64,000 bases of DNA from Guillardia theta CCMP2712 (GCF_000315625.1 NW_005434590.1:275950-339949), one strand, 5' to 3'; positions 1 to 13,197 are shown, counted from the first letter of the stretch. Notes: a model not told the origin generated them from the sequence alone. Numbers and translations: made by a program.

Positions 1-184
1 AGGTGAGAGGGGAAGATGGATGGATGGATGGAGGGAGGGAGGGAGGGAGGAAGTGGGAGGGAGTGGGAGGGAGTGGAAGGGAGAAAGGGTAGCTAGGAAG
101 GAATAGAGCAAGGGAAGGAGGGAGGAACAGTAGGAGGTGGAGGAAACGATTGCTGTTTCCCCTTGACTTCACGTTTTTTGTCAG

Positions 185-882
185 TGAGAAATGTTCTGAG
201 ATTGGGAGTAACAAGGCTGCTGAGATCGCATGGTGCGATCGATGGTGTTACAGAAAGAGATGATGTTGTTACTTAGGTATTTCACGATTTCTCGTGAACA
301 GTTCAGAATCAGGTAAGACATGATCATTGAGATGAAGATTGAATGTACATTGAGTTGAGGATTGAAATGATGATTGAGATGATGGACCTATTGGTGGTGA
401 TGCTGGTGATGGTGATTACAAACAGTAGATTCCTTGCATGATATTTCTCTTCTCATTTGATTACAAGGGGACACCTTGATCTGTACGGGGAAGGCACAGA
501 AAATGTCTTGATGCATCAGTTGCGAGAGCAAGCGTGGAAGGTAAGTTAGAGATGTCATGTTGTTGTCTGCTGCTGCTGAGAGAGCTAAACATGCTCGACA
601 TGATTTCTTGTCTTCAAAGTGACGTCGTTGTTGTCTAACTTTATCTTCTCTGTTTCCCTCTCCCTCCATCCTTCCTCTTCTTCTCTCTCTGCTCTTGCCG
701 CCTCTTCTTCTACTGCTGCTGCTCCCCCCCCCCCCTCTCCTCCTCCTCCTCCCCCTCACCCTGTTCTTGCTTCTCCTTTTCCTCCCTGCCTTCTCTCTCT
801 CAGAACATGTCTGATGCTGCAAGGAATGGTTTCCTATGGCCAGGTGAAGCTCCTGCTCCTGCTCCTAAACCCTGCGCCTGCG

Positions 883-918
<36 letters not shown>

Positions 919-1340
919 TTTCCTGCGCCTGCTCCTGCTCCTGCTCCTGCTTTTCCTGCTCCTGCTCTTGCTCCTGCTTCGACCCTCCAACTTGAGGTCC
1001 TTATTCTCCAAGTCATTTTTCCTTTTGCGTCCTCTCATTCCCCACAGCTCCAGGAGCCTCGCCGGCTGCTGCAGACGATACGTTCCTCAACGTTGCCGCT
1101 GACAAGGAGAAAGTCTCGGAGAACTTCTCGATCCTGGTGAGGGGGGAAGGAGAGGAAGAGCAGAGAGGAGAGGAGAGGAGAGGAGAGGAGAGGAGAGGAG
1201 AGGAGAGGAGAGGAGAGGAGAGGAGAGGAGAGGAGAGACAAGAGGTTGTGATTCTGTTTCTGTCCGCTGCAGGTGTTTCATCCTCGTCATATCGATCATC
1301 TCGTCCTCAAGGGAAATCCACAGAGAAGAACAAAACATCA
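185..1340 (+). CDS. Pyridoxamine 5'-phosphate oxidase-related FMN-binding protein (Alr4036-like), spliced, partial at both ends
   Basis: GT-AG exons 185-232, 277-312, 468-540, 804-843, 1048-1136 and 1273-1340 join in frame to SEKCSEIGSNKAAEIAWYFTISREQFRIRGHLDLY...EQAWKNMSDAARNGFLWPAPG...SENFSILVFHPRHIDHLVLKGNPQRRTKH. This fits the family motifs WYF-x-x-x-REQFRI, W-x-x-x-SD-x-AR-x-x-F-x-WP-x-PG and ENF...DHL-x-L-x-G-x-PQ-x-R. Confidence 0.8.
851..978. repeat. Intronic (CCTGCT)n-type microsatellite
   Basis: Hexamer tandem run visible directly; lies in the intron 844-1047. Confidence 0.9.
1163..1237. repeat. Intronic (GGAGA)n microsatellite
   Basis: Pentamer tandem run in the intron 1137-1272. 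Confidence 0.9.
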
Positions 1341-1489
1341 GTGAGACAACGCATGATGTCTCCCTCCTCCTCCATCTCCATCTCCTCCTCCTCCTCCTCC
1401 TCCTCCATCTCCATCTCCTCCTCCTCCTCCTCCTCCTCCTCCTCCTCCTCCTCCTCCTCATCCGCCTCTTCCTGCACTTTTGAATTTTT

Positions 1490-2398
1490 NNNNNNNNNNN
1501 NNNNNNNNNNNNNNNNNNNNNNNNNNNNNNNNNNNNNNNNNNNNNNNNNNNNNNNNNNNNNNNNNNNNNNNNNNNNNNNNNNNNNNNNNNNNNNNNNNNN
1601 NNNNNNNNNNNNNNNNNNNNNNNNNNNNNNNNNNNNNNNNNNNNNNNNNNNNNNNNNNNNNNNNNNNNNNNNNNNNNNNNNNNNNNNNNNNNNNNNNNNN
1701 NNNNNNNNNNNNNNNNNNNNNNNNNNNNNNNNNNNNNNNNNNNNNNNNNNNNNNNNNNNNNNNNNNNNNNNNNNNNNNNNNNNNNNNNNNNNNNNNNNNN
1801 NNNNNNNNNNNNNNNNNNNNNNNNNNNNNNNNNNNNNNNNNNNNNNNNNNNNNNNNNNNNNNNNNNNNNNNNNNNNNNNNNNNNNNNNNNNNNNNNNNNN
1901 NNNNNNNNNNNNNNNNNNNNNNNNNNNNNNNNNNNNNNNNNNNNNNNNNNNNNNNNNNNNNNNNNNNNNNNNNNNNNNNNNNNNNNNNNNNNNNNNNNNN
2001 NNNNNNNNNNNNNNNNNNNNNNNNNNNNNNNNNNNNNNNNNNNNNNNNNNNNNNNNNNNNNNNNNNNNNNNNNNNNNNNNNNNNNNNNNNNNNNNNNNNN
2101 NNNNNNNNNNNNNNNNNNNNNNNNNNNNNNNNNNNNNNNNNNNNNNNNNNNNNNNNNNNNNNNNNNNNNNNNNNNNNNNNNNNNNNNNNNNNNNNNNNNN
2201 NNNNNNNNNNNNNNNNNNNNNNNNNNNNNNNNNNNNNNNNNNNNNNNNNNNNNNNNNNNNNNNNNNNNNNNNNNNNNNNNNNNNNNNNNNNNNNNNNNNN
2301 NNNNNNNNNNNNNNNNNNNNNNNNNNNNNNNNNNNNNNNNNNNNNNNNNNNNNNNNNNNNNNNNNNNNNNNNNNNNNNNNNNNNNNNNNNNNNNNNNN
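1490..2398. other. Assembly gap (N run)
   Basis: 909 Ns; must hide the 3' ends of both flanking convergent genes. Confidence 1.
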
Positions 2399-2446
2399 GT
2401 GAGGAGGAGGAGGAGGAGGAGGAGGAGAAGGTCTCATGCTTCACAC

Positions 2447-5356
2447 CCTGGAACCAACTCTTGTCGTGTAAGCTTTGACGACCCCAATTACCTTCCAGTG
2501 TACCATCAGCCCCTACCTCTTCCTTCCCCAATCCTCTCCCATCCACTTCCTCCTCCTTCCCTTTCCCGTCCTCGTCTCTCTCCTCCTCTCCCCCCCCCCT
2601 CCTCCTCTCCCCCTCCTCCTTCTCTCTCACCTCTCCGATCGCTGTGTGTGGAATTCCGAGACCCGTGAAGCATCCGCCTGCACGGACGAGAGTCACCACC
2701 ACAGGCACATCCTGCTGCTACTGCTGCTGCTCGCCTCCTCCTCCTCTTCTCCACTTCCTCCTCCTCCTCCTCCCCTCGCCCTCTCGTTCTCTTCTCACCG
2801 ATGGTGCAGTTTGACGAGGTCACGAAGGGATAAGTTCCATAGTCGATATCCTGCCATCTCATCATGCTGCTGCTGCTGCTGCTCCTCCTCCTTTTTCTCC
2901 ACACACACCCATCCTCTCCTCCGACCGTGCTGCTCACCCTTCTCCCTCTCCCTTCCCTTCCCCCCATCCCTCTCTCCCTCTCGATTCTCACAAGCATCGC
3001 CGCGTTGGCTCCCTCGATGAGGATTTTCTTGCCGGAAGCGACGGCCTCGTGGATGTAGTCCACTGCACATCATGTCAGCCCAGGGGCAGGGGCAGGAGCA
3101 GGAGAGAAAAGAGAACATGCGCACGACGAAGGGGAGAAGCACAGGAGGAGCTGATGTTAAGGGAGAGGAGAAGATGGCTTAATGATGATCGAGCATGAGG
3201 AGGAAGAAGAGGAGCAACAGGAGGAGGACCTGTATCGACGACATAGGGCTTGAGCTTCTGAGCATACTCTTTGTACCTGCTGCATCCTCAGACTAGCTCG
3301 TTCGCTCAACTTCGCAACCGCTGGATCTCCTTCTCGATGTCAATCACGCCAGTGGGAGCTCCCCTGCCATCCTGTCATGTCGGTCCGATACAGTGAAGCT
3401 CCTTTTCCTCTCCCTCTCCTCTTTCTCCTCCTCTCTCCTCTTCATCTTCCTCCCTCCTCTTTCTCTTCCTCATCCTCTCTCCCAACTATGTTCCTCATCT
3501 AATCCTTCTCCCTGTCATCTACATTTACCAACTCCATAACACATCACTGCTTCTGATTTTCACTTCTCCTCTCCTCCATGCTATTTGTATTCACCGCCAC
3601 TACCTCAACCATCCTCCCTTCTCTTCTCGTCCCCATTAGCTGTGCTGTTCCCCCTCCCCATCCCAATTTTCTCCTCCGCCTCCTCCTCCCACCCACATCC
3701 TCCTCTCCTCCTCCTCCTCCTCCTCCTCCTCCTCCTTACCTGTAAGTGGGATGCTCAAACTTTTGACCAAACCTGGGAGCATCCACGTCAAGATCCACAT
3801 CTTTTCTCCTCTCCTCCCCTACTGCTGCTCAAGGTCCGCAAGATTCTTCCTCTGCAACCCTCCAATCAGTTCCCAGCTGCGGCCGACCTCAACAGCTTCT
3901 CAGCTCACCAGCTTCGCCTCGAAGTACTCGAAGTCATACAAGTCTCCCACGCGCAGCCTTTCATTCTCTCACTTGCTCTGGAGCTCCGACCGCCATGACT
4001 CACCCCGTGCGATGTGCCTTGCTGCTGAGGGCAGGGCCGATGCCTGGACAAGCAAGTTAGCTGCGTGATGATGATGATGATGTTCATTATGATATTGATG
4101 GTGATGGTGATGGTGGGATATGGATTTTGGAAATGAATATGGATATGCACATGGAGAGATGATGTTGGTGACGATGATAATATAACACAAATGTCCACTT
4201 GTCTGTGTGCAATCTGCTTTCTCCTACCTCTCTTCGTGGTTCCGATGGCTGTCTTGCCGAGCATGGCTTCCCGGACCTTCTCCTTGTCAACTAGATCTTA
4301 TCCTCCCCTCATTCTTACTCCGTCCTCCCACTGGTGGTAGTCCAACACAAGGTGAGCTCTGATGAGCAGAGCAATTCAGAAAGCAAGCAAGGGGACGCAA
4401 GGACGAGGGGAGAGCAGGAGGAAGAGACAGGAGGGGAAGAGAGGCGGGAGAAGAGGGAGAAGACGAGAGGAGAGGAGGGCAGATAGGGCAGAGAGGCGAG
4501 GAGAGACGAGACGAGAGAAGAGAGGAGAAATGGGATTGGGGAAGGGGGAGGGGGGAGGGGGGAGGGAGGGGAGTCGACGAGGGGAAGGGAGCGTCACCTG
4601 CTGGAAACAAAGATCCTTCCTTCGACATGGAGAGGAGCGCCCCCTAGTGTACACCCATGAGGTCGACGACAAGGCAAGAAACCAAACGCACCGTCAGACG
4701 GGTTTGTGATGTCTTCAATCTCATTGAAGAAGGAGGGAATGTGAACAACCACTCCGTTTCCTGTCTAGCTCGTCAGAGAGCAGCTCAACAAGTCGCCCTC
4801 CGGATCTCTCAAACTTACCGATGACACAGGTCGTGTTAGTGTGGACAAGGCCAGAGGGTAGCTGGACATTCCATAGTGAGTGGTTGAGCTCACAAACAGC
4901 AAGTGAGGGGGATCATGGTGACAACAAGGATGAAACATTCGAGATGTTCCTACCAAGTGAAACTTGTAAACGCTGTTTCCAACCTAGAAGTGCGTATATG
5001 AGACAGTGTCGATTTTCCCTATCCCACTCAACACACCTTGATGGTATGGCCAGCATTGGAGCCTCCCTGGCATCGGGCTACGATGTCCATGTCTCTGCAA
5101 AGAACATCCACAATCTTTCCCTGTGCTCATTCACAAAAGTTAATCCAAGTAATGTGAAGGAACAAGCCTTCATTTCAACAACAACATCCAACAAAGCACC
5201 ATGGACGGGACATTTCACATCTTCTGGTCGTCATGTTCGCATGTGAGGGAGCAGCATTATCAAGTATCAAGCATGGATTGTCGTCAAAACTGCCATGTCG
5301 CTCCCCCTCACCTTTCCTTCGTCTCCCCATTGCGCGCCAAGAACGACCACTGCCAT
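2447..5356 (-). CDS. purA: Adenylosuccinate synthetase, multi-exon, 3' end lost in gap
   Basis: Minus-strand exons give [15 protein letters not shown] / [28 protein letters not shown] / IGTTKRG / [11 protein letters not shown] / [14 protein letters not shown] / TGLGIP / [14 protein letters not shown], all canonical PurA motifs in order. An upstream exon before ATG 5356 cannot be excluded. Confidence 0.95.
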
Positions 5357-6463
5357 GCTCACTGGCCCCCGTGTGCTCGGGAATGGGGGTTGCCTTCCAG
5401 CAGGGGTAGGTGGTCCAAACAACCCGGGTACTGTCAGAAAAGGGTGGGTACATCTAGCATAATCATTTTCATCGGGTAAACTTTTGAAATATTTAACGTA
5501 AATTTTCTATCACAGGTCATATTTTGAGAAGCAATTACGATATTTCATTCCATGGTCATTTGTTGACTCAAAGATTATGGTAGGGGTACATTATGTGAGG
5601 GTAGGGGTACCACAAGCAGGGGTAGTATGTGTTAGATCCTGGTGGGTCTACACCCTCCTCAACACCCCCTACCCCCTCAGTTCCTAGAGTTAAGGATCAC
5701 ATTTGGATGGATGTCGAGCATCACCTCTAGCTTTTCATTTCTTCAAATGGATCTATAATTCCAGATGCTTATCCTTCCTTGTTCTTCTTTTGCAGTCCGT
5801 TTTTGAACCACCCTGGGCACCACTACCCCCTTAGCTGTGATGTCCTCAATCACTCGTGCGGCCTAGGAATGTAACCGACACATAACGGTACCGGAGTCTG
5901 AGTTTACTAAGTTAATCGGGCGGCCCGACCCGGCCGCCCGGCCGCCGCAAGTCACTCCTGCTAGGCTAGCTAGTGCACAGGCTGAGATGAATGATCGGAC
6001 TCCTAGCAGAACAGCTCAACATCTACTCTCCGATGATGTGCGCAGGGCCGGGCTTAAGATCTTGGACACTTCGAACAGCTTCCGAACTCGCCGGAAGTTC
6101 CGGGCCACGGTCCACACTCAGGACGCGGGCCCGGCACCACCACCGTCCGTGACCTAGGCTTCCCACACTGGGGACTGCAGCACTTCGGAAGTTCCGAGCC
6201 GAGTGCTGCCACGGTCCCGGCAAGGGCCCGGCTGAGAGCACAGCAGACCAAAGACTGATACAAACACAACTGAGGCAAACACACCCGGCGCAAACTCAGT
6301 AGCCTGATCAAATCGGACCGTGACGCCATGCCAGTGGCATGCTGAGATCGGACCGGGTGCCAGGAGGCCCCCCGGCCGGGCGTCAACGTGACGGTGCAAG
6401 AGAACTTCCGTCGGACAGCAACAATGATCCGAAAGATGTCGATTGAAATCATTGATCATCGAA

Positions 6464-6523
6464 TTTCAAACTAGAGCCAGTGGTTCTAGTTTGAAATCAT
6501 TGATTTCAAACTAGAACCACTGG
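6464..6523. repeat. Perfect palindrome (23-bp arms, 1-nt loop) with a third overlapping half-copy
   Basis: ccagtggttctagtttgaaatca-t-tgatttcaaactagaaccactgg at 6477-6523; tttcaaactaga also at 6464-6475. Confidence 0.9.
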
Positions 6524-7674
6524 GCTCCCTGCCGCACGAGTCTCACACTGTTATGACCGGCGAGCCTTCGTCGGAGAGCGGCATGAAGCCATGAAGGTGT
6601 CAGAGCCAGGCACTCCGTCACTGAGCCGCGATGATCAGTGGCGGCAGATACCCTTATCGAGAGTCAATCTCTATCGGCCCGGACCGGCCTACTAGTCAAT
6701 ATGCCCGTGGCTCTGAGTGCCCGGGCCCGCGGCCCCGGCCGCAGGCTCACTGGCCGGAGTCAGGCCGGCGCCCGGCCCGGGCGGGCCGCCGTACCGTGAC
6801 TCTGTTTGGGAGAGGGGATTTCATTATTACTACCGTTGAACGATTTGCCATCAAAACTCCAAAGATTTAACTACCGAATAATTTTAGTCCATCAAACTTT
6901 GTACTGATAAATCTACATTGAAGTTATTAACTGAATATTTGTATGTGATTACATGACCCCCACTTGTAGAAATTTGCCGGTGCGGAACTCGAAAAGCGGC
7001 GTAGGAAATTCGAAGGGGTGGGGTTAGTATGAAGAAGAGGGGTAGTGACACTAGAAGAAGGGGGTGATGATTGAAGGGAAGATTGGCGGTAAGGTGGGGT
7101 AGTACCCAGAGCCACTGCGTCCCGGCCTAATCATATCGTTAACATGATGCGGACTGAGATGCCAAGAGCACAGAGAAGGAGGGAGAGGGAAGAAGGGAGG
7201 GAGGGAGGGAGGGAGGGAGGGAGGAGATAGAGGAGAGAGAGAGAGAGAGGGAGAAGGAATGGAGGGAGTGATCGGAGGAGGGAGGGAGGAGGAGGGAGAG
7301 AAAGAAGAAGGAGAGGGAGGGAGGGAGGGAGGTGGGGAGGCGTGCAGGAGGAGGGACAGATGAAGGGCAGTAGCCTGAGAATAGCTCTCACAGAAGCAGG
7401 AAAGATTTTGAAGGAGGGCAGGAGTGGGTTGAGCTTGCTACTAGAGATTTCAAGGTGATGGGTCTCATGACGAAAGGATCCAATCATAAAAGGCAGGAGC
7501 AGCATCATGCAGTGAGCAGCACAAGTTGTTTGAGTTGTTTCTCTGCATAATCGCTTGCTGCCTTTTACCCTACATCTTCGGATACGTTGAGAGAGAGAGC
7601 TCAGAGCAGTAGAGATCTGATTGCAGCGCTCTCTTGATATTGCTCCTGACATTCAGTTTGCTCCTTCCTCACAG

Positions 7675-9205
7675 ATCTACCTCAGACCTCAATGAGCTCG
7701 TCTCTACGTCTAGCCTCGGAGCCGGTCTCAGCCAGCTTTGTCTTCTCGGAGAAACAGCCCTTTCATCTTGGCCTCGGCAAGATAGAGTACTCCGATGACC
7801 CTCCTGCCCACAACGAGAGCCTGTCGGGTGACGGACCGGCGCAGCAAGAGTCGGTGGTGCATCGATGTTGGAACATGCTAGGGGATGGAAGTGAGGAGAT
7901 AGCCTTGCAGTCGCCCCACAAACTACATGCAGGAGCTCGGAAAGAGGTTGCTGGCACTCCGCAGAAGGGCAGCGGAAGGATCGTTGAGGAGGGGGAGAGG
8001 TCGAATGATCCTCCTCTGCAAGAAAGTGTGTCGTACATCAAGGTATGACGGCTAGAATCCGTTGTTGCCTCCTGTGGTTGGAGGTGACTTGCCTGGTGCA
8101 GACGATCTTGGAACATACCAGGCAGTCGCTGCAGCCGGCAGAGCATTCTGACTCGGTTTCTGAAGACTCTGAGGTTTCTTGTAAAGCCGTTGGAATCTGA
8201 GATCCTGATGAGTCGAGTAGCAAAATGACAGAGAGTTGAAAGAGATATCCATGAACAAACCTGCGCCCTCCGGAGCCAAACCAAGGAAAAACAAGAACAG
8301 AGACTTTGGGGATGGTATGGGAGGCTGCGTGAACATGGTCGAGGATAACCTGTTGCGTCATGACAGACAGCATTCTGAAGAGATCCAAGACGATTGAAGA
8401 CGCAGAGAACTCCCCTCCTTCTCACGAGGCCCTTGAAGAGGTCTGGGTCAGGTCGACCTCTGGTTCCTTCCTACTTGCTGTCGCTGAAAGTCTGCTGCAG
8501 AAGCGTGAGCACGCTCATCCAACCTCACATCGCCCTTTCCAACAAGCAGTACATCCTCGTGGCCCCAGACTCCCTCCAACCTCTGCCCTCCAGCGATCGG
8601 CGGCTGCAGAGCCTCAAGGTAGGGCCGTGAGAGGAGGAGAGGGGGGCGCGAGGGCTGACATGCCGGTTAGAAGGAGACGGGCACTCAGACAGACAGCAAG
8701 CCGACGAGACCAGACGGCATTTCATCGCAACCTCCTCTGCCACAGGCCCATCCATCACTGCAGACCCCCCAGCGACAGGCCCAGCAGACCCCCCAGCGAC
8801 AGGCCCAGCATACCCCTAAGAGTCAGGCCCAGCAGACCCCCCAGCGACAGGCCCAGCAGACCCCTAAGAGTCAGGCCCAGCAGACCCCTCAGCGACAGGC
8901 CCAGCAGACCCCTAAGAGTCAGGCTCCCCATCTTCTATCGTCATCCTCACCGATGCCATCGAGCTCAAGCACAACAGCGAGGACGCCCATGTCTCTTCAG
9001 CGACCCGCAAGGCCTGCGCCGAAGCTGCTTCCTCCCTTCACCCGGCAGCGCAAAAACTCGAGCAGAAGATCTTTCGGGGGCTCCACCTACTCCTTCATGG
9101 AGCTGTGAGTGCCCGGCTGCAGTCAGTGACTCAGTCCGATCGAGGCTCGGCGTTAGTCAGCCGCCGGGCCCCTCGCGGGACGGTGAAGTTTCCAACTTAC
9201 GGTAG
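7675..9205 (+). CDS. Hypothetical multi-exon low-complexity protein, boundaries approximate
   Basis: Successive open segments bounded by AG/GT (e.g. 7675-8042, ~8102-8172, ~8221-8313, ~8367-8440, 8501 onward); no recognisable domain. Confidence 0.45.
8761..8926 (+). repeat. 24-bp minisatellite, about 7 copies in two variants
   Basis: Units cagaccccccagcgacaggcccag and cagacccctaagagtcaggcccag (RPPSDRPS / RPLRVRPS). Confidence 0.9.
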
Positions 9206-9458
9206 TGACCGGGCCTCAAGTTAGTTATCAAACTTGATAGACTTGACCCTCAGTGTCTCACACAACGCAAGTACGCCGGGCCATGACATGGCCAAGCTCC
9301 CCGTGCAGGTCGGTCCCTGACTGCGCAGACTACTTCTTTCATTGCATTACGAGTGGCGGTGGCAATCAGTGGGTGGGTCCTGATACTCATTTCAGTCAGT
9401 ATTGTTTTCTTGATCCAACCAGCGATATATTCACCTTCTACTGTCTCCTATCCTGCAG

Positions 9459-10609
9459 TCTGATCGCCCCCTGCTCCTCCCACGATGTACCGGTCCTCTG
9501 TGTGACCTGTCAACCACAATAGTCAGCATAGCGCCGAGCTGAGCATCACATTCATGGATGACCTATCCTCCGGTTGGCTCGAATGCAAACAGTAGGCACT
9601 CCTGCATTGTATGTATGCAGCCTGATGAGCGTTACGCTCCATCCCTCATGTCAAGAGACAAGCAAAAGCCTAGCATCAGCCAAGGCGGAGTGAGATGGCG
9701 ACGAGATGCAGCAGAGGGTCATGAGTCGCTCTTAGTTATCAAATGATGCAACGAGGAGACCCATGTAACCTGTAAGCTGCATGGTTGCACTCTGCACTCT
9801 TTAGTCCCGCATCCGATGTTGAGGGGCAGATGAAGACAGATGGTTGCAGTGTTGGATGATGACATGCAACGTTGTAGTCGTCGATGGTCCCCTCCTCACC
9901 ATGAGGATGCAAACGTGATGGACTGGTTGTGAAGATGATGGACTGGTTTTGAAGTTTTTACATCTGCTTCAACATTATGGGCAAGGAAGCGAGTAAAATG
10001 CTGCTTCAGGCTGCTGCCAAGCATTTGAGACTGAGCCCTCACACACACAATCACCTTGTTTTGAAGAAGAGTGAGACAGGTAAATAGGTCAAGGCAACCT
10101 TTTTGGACACTGCAGAAAGCTTCAAGAACTGTTTTCTTCATTACTTCGCCTTGCTTCAACAAGGAGATCAGAGGAAATCGCATCGTGATGGCTTTTGAAA
10201 GTTGCACATGGCGATGGAAACACTTGGAAATCAAGTAAGCGCAAGTAGTTGTATGAGCGTATTACACGTTGCACTACCTCCCATCATGACACGGTTGATC
10301 AAGTACAACATGAAAGTGATCAACTAGGTTGCCTTTCAACCTCTACACACTACCCCTGCAAGTCTGTTCCACAGCATGTCGATCTCATCCTGCAGATATC
10401 AGCCTGATCGTCTTCCCAGCCCCTTTGCGACCAGCCGCCGCTTCTTGTCGGATCTTTGCCTCGCCTACCACACGCCTCCCCGGCTCATCCTTGCTAACGC
10501 CGGTGAGCTCACGCAATATCCATACCCGCTACCTCTGCCTGCCTCCCTTCCTGCCCTCCCTTCCATCCGTACTCCTCCAGCGCACCGCAGCCCTTGATTT
10601 TGCCTATCC
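9459..10609 (-). repeat. Dispersed duplicate of 56029-57170 (Crypton-like remnant + array spacer + last ~100 bp of the NTPase-nuclease gene)
   Basis: Near-identical sequence by eye; the same spurious ORFs (MTYPPVGSNAN, MISKCFHRH) occur at both places; gene fragment at 10509-10609. Confidence 0.9.
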
Positions 10610-11462
10610 ACTGGCTGTGTGTGTACCCCTTAGTAGCAGCCTTGCGGCAGTGCTGTGCAACCCTCTGGACGTCTTTGTTGCTGGAACCAAGTACTCGTTG
10701 GTGGCTTTCAAGCCAAGAGGACGGGTGTCTCTTCCCTACGAGAGAGCCAAGAGGACGGGTGTCTCTTCCCTACGAGAGAGCCAAGAGGACGGGTGTCTCT
10801 TCCCTACGAGAGAGCCAAGAGGACGGGTGTCTCTTCCCTACGAGAGAGCCAAGAGGACGGGTGTCTCTTCCCTACGAGAGAGCCAAGAGGACGGGTGTCT
10901 CTTCCCTACGAGAGAGCCAAGAGGACGGGTGTCTCTTCCCTACGAGAGAGCCAAGAGGACGGGTGTCTCTTCCCTACGAGAGAGCCAAGAGGACGGGTGT
11001 CTCTTCCCTACGAGAGAGCCAAGAGGACGGGTGTCTCTTCCCTACGAGAGAGCCAAGAGGACGGGTGTCTCTTCCCTACGAGAGAGCCAAGAGGACGGGT
11101 GTCTCTTCCTTACGAGAGAGCCAAGAGGACGGGTGTCTCTTCCCTACGAGAGAGCATGTTTTCCCCTCGAAGTGCTGATGGGATGTTCAACATCTAAGGA
11201 GGCAAGATTGTCAACCTTCATGCAGAGGTACACCCCTGCTTTTTTTAGCAAGGAGCACTACCGGTAGTCCTCTCCTTAGCCTATACAAGGATCAGCCTCT
11301 TCAGCTAGCAGGGTCTGTTCTCTCCTCATGTTGTATGTCTCGCTGATCTAGCATCGCTATTGAACCCGACGTCACTACGCTACACCTCTATGTGTCATCA
11401 GCGGAGGTGACTTGAACATTCGCTCTAGACGTCAGCAACCCGTAAAGCTTCGGGCTGTCACA
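10610..11462 (+). mobile_element. 5'-truncated LTR of a family related to the Gypsy element at 13198
   Basis: Collinear similarity with the Gypsy LTR (ggacggg..tctcttccct.cgagagagcatg; cacccct; ctata.aaggat); ends ...cttcgggctgtcaca versus ...cttcgaggtgtgaca. Confidence 0.7.
10711..11155 (+). repeat. 13 x 34-bp tandem array
   Basis: Unit agccaagaggacgggtgtctcttccctacgagag; one substitution seen, in copy 12; no spacers. Confidence 0.97.
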
Positions 11463-11822
11463 ACGTTACTTCGAACTTCAAGCAGAAGCTGTACCTTTTT
11501 ACATAGATCAACTCCCTCAATCGAGAATAGATTAACAAATCCGCGTCAAATCAATCAGTTAATCTGATACAATGAACTATGCTCACATATAAACTAATTT
11601 TGTTTTCCTTATCAGGTAGTAGTAACACATATCTTGTATAATGAGGTACAACAGATTTGTCTGAGAGCAAGATACGTGTAAATGTTGTTGATAGAAAATT
11701 TAACAATGTTCCCAGTATTTTCTTTATGATTTCCACGAAAACATTCAAAGATAACCCGTCTTCTATTGTACAGGATCTATCATTAAAATCTCAATTTTTT
11801 TAAATTCAATTCCATGTATTCT

Positions 11823-12137
11823 TCATATCATGCTCGCCGATGACAGATTCGCCATTGATACCCCTCGTCGCAGTACCCCCCTCCCCCTCGTCTCCTCCTC
11901 CCCTCTCAGCTCCGCAAGGTTCCTGTCGCTCTTCGACCTCATCATGAGCTTCGCCTTGGCATTCTCGATGTTGCTCATGAGCGACTCGCCGTCTGCCTGC
12001 ACCCGCCAGGAGCCTCGGCCGGGAGACGACGGGGTCGGAGACGCGGGGGAGCTGGAGCCGGTAGAGGCGAGTCTATCGAGGTAGGCTTTCTGAGAAGGGT
12101 TGAGGGTGAGCTTGACTTGGGGTCTTGTAGGCGCCAT
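11823..12137 (-). CDS. Small intronless hypothetical protein (104 aa)
   Basis: ATG at 12137, MAPTRPQVKLTLNPSQKAYLDRLAS...; GC-rich ORF followed by AT-rich 3' flank. Confidence 0.45.
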   Translation of the reverse strand: MAPTRPQVKLTLNPSQKAYLDRLASTGSSSPASPTPSSPGRGSWRVQADGESLMSNIENAKAKLMMRSKSDRNLAELRGEEETRGRGVLRRGVSMANLSSASMI

Positions 12138-13197
12138 GGAGAGGTGTGGATAGGAAGATGAATGTGGTCGAGAGTGCGTGTGGAGCTTGAATCCTCGATC
12201 CAACGAGTGACGAACAGAGGAAGAGAATCACTTAATAGCAAGACCGCAGGAGGAGGAGGAGGAGGAGGAGGAGGAGGAGGAAGGACGTGAGTGGTTGGTG
12301 CAGAAGAAGTAGACTTGCAGGTTATCAAGGGAGGAGATCGGGGATTCAGACTCATTCCTACCCTACCCTATAAATGACACATTCTCTTGGGGGTATTTGT
12401 ACATTGCGGGCCGTAAACCAGATACCAAACGTTGTGATATTCTCAGATATCTCGCGTCCGTGCCAAGAGGCTGCTGCCCGCATCGGTGTAAGACTCCGAT
12501 CGCGACCTAGGTCGAGGGACCGTGACCAGGGGTCTGTGGAACGTGACCGTAGACTGCGACGGTCAAACGGGCTCTGAAGAAGCCGCAGCTGACACCAGCA
12601 ATTTGTCACGGGCCTCGCAATTTGAGCCGCTACCCCTACCCCCAAGAACGACTGTTAGCTCAAGTGAGTTGGAGGGTGGCGGATCTGCCAGTCGGTCACC
12701 GGGTCTTGACACGTGGACGGGTGTAAGCCCCGGAGAGAACATGAGACGTCAGCTGACCGTTGCTGACCGAGGCGTCCGTTGGGAAGGGGTTCCATTGGTC
12801 CTTGACTAAAGATCTCAATACTATCTCTGGCATCTCTGGTTTTTAATGCAGAAGATGAAGCAGTACCGGCATTAAGAAGTTGAGTGAACATTTGACGGTG
12901 GTGCGGGCCCGCCCCCGCCGTGATTCTTGCGACAAGTTCATCGTTTGTCCGATCATGATGCGGCAGAGCGGACTGACACTTCAAGTCAGTGGAACCGTTT
13001 GATGATTGCGTACGGTATATAATACATGTACGGCCGTATGTGCCAGCCGCCGCCGCCCGGCGCTGACTGAGCAGTGACGTGTGACGATTTGGAAGCCAGC
13101 GTAACTTGTTGACGAAAGGGCCCTGCGGAAGGCTTGTGCCTATGCACCAAGGCTCGTCTGTTGTGTGACACGTTGTGTGACATGCACAATACACAAG

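Noticed and set aside
1137-2708. Long ORFs of 330-420 aa
   Set aside because: Artefacts of reading through the N gap and microsatellites.
10711-11155. CRISPR array
   Set aside because: The 34-bp units are contiguous with no spacers, no cas genes are present, and the unit derives from an LTR.
10329-11267. 312/194/180-aa repeat proteins
   Set aside because: Open only because the 34-bp repeat has no stop codon in any + frame.
12358-13190. MITE or gene between the small ORF and the Gypsy element
   Set aside because: Only a short inverted match (tcttgggggta / tacccccaaga) and motif-less ORFs; no TSD or supportable boundaries.
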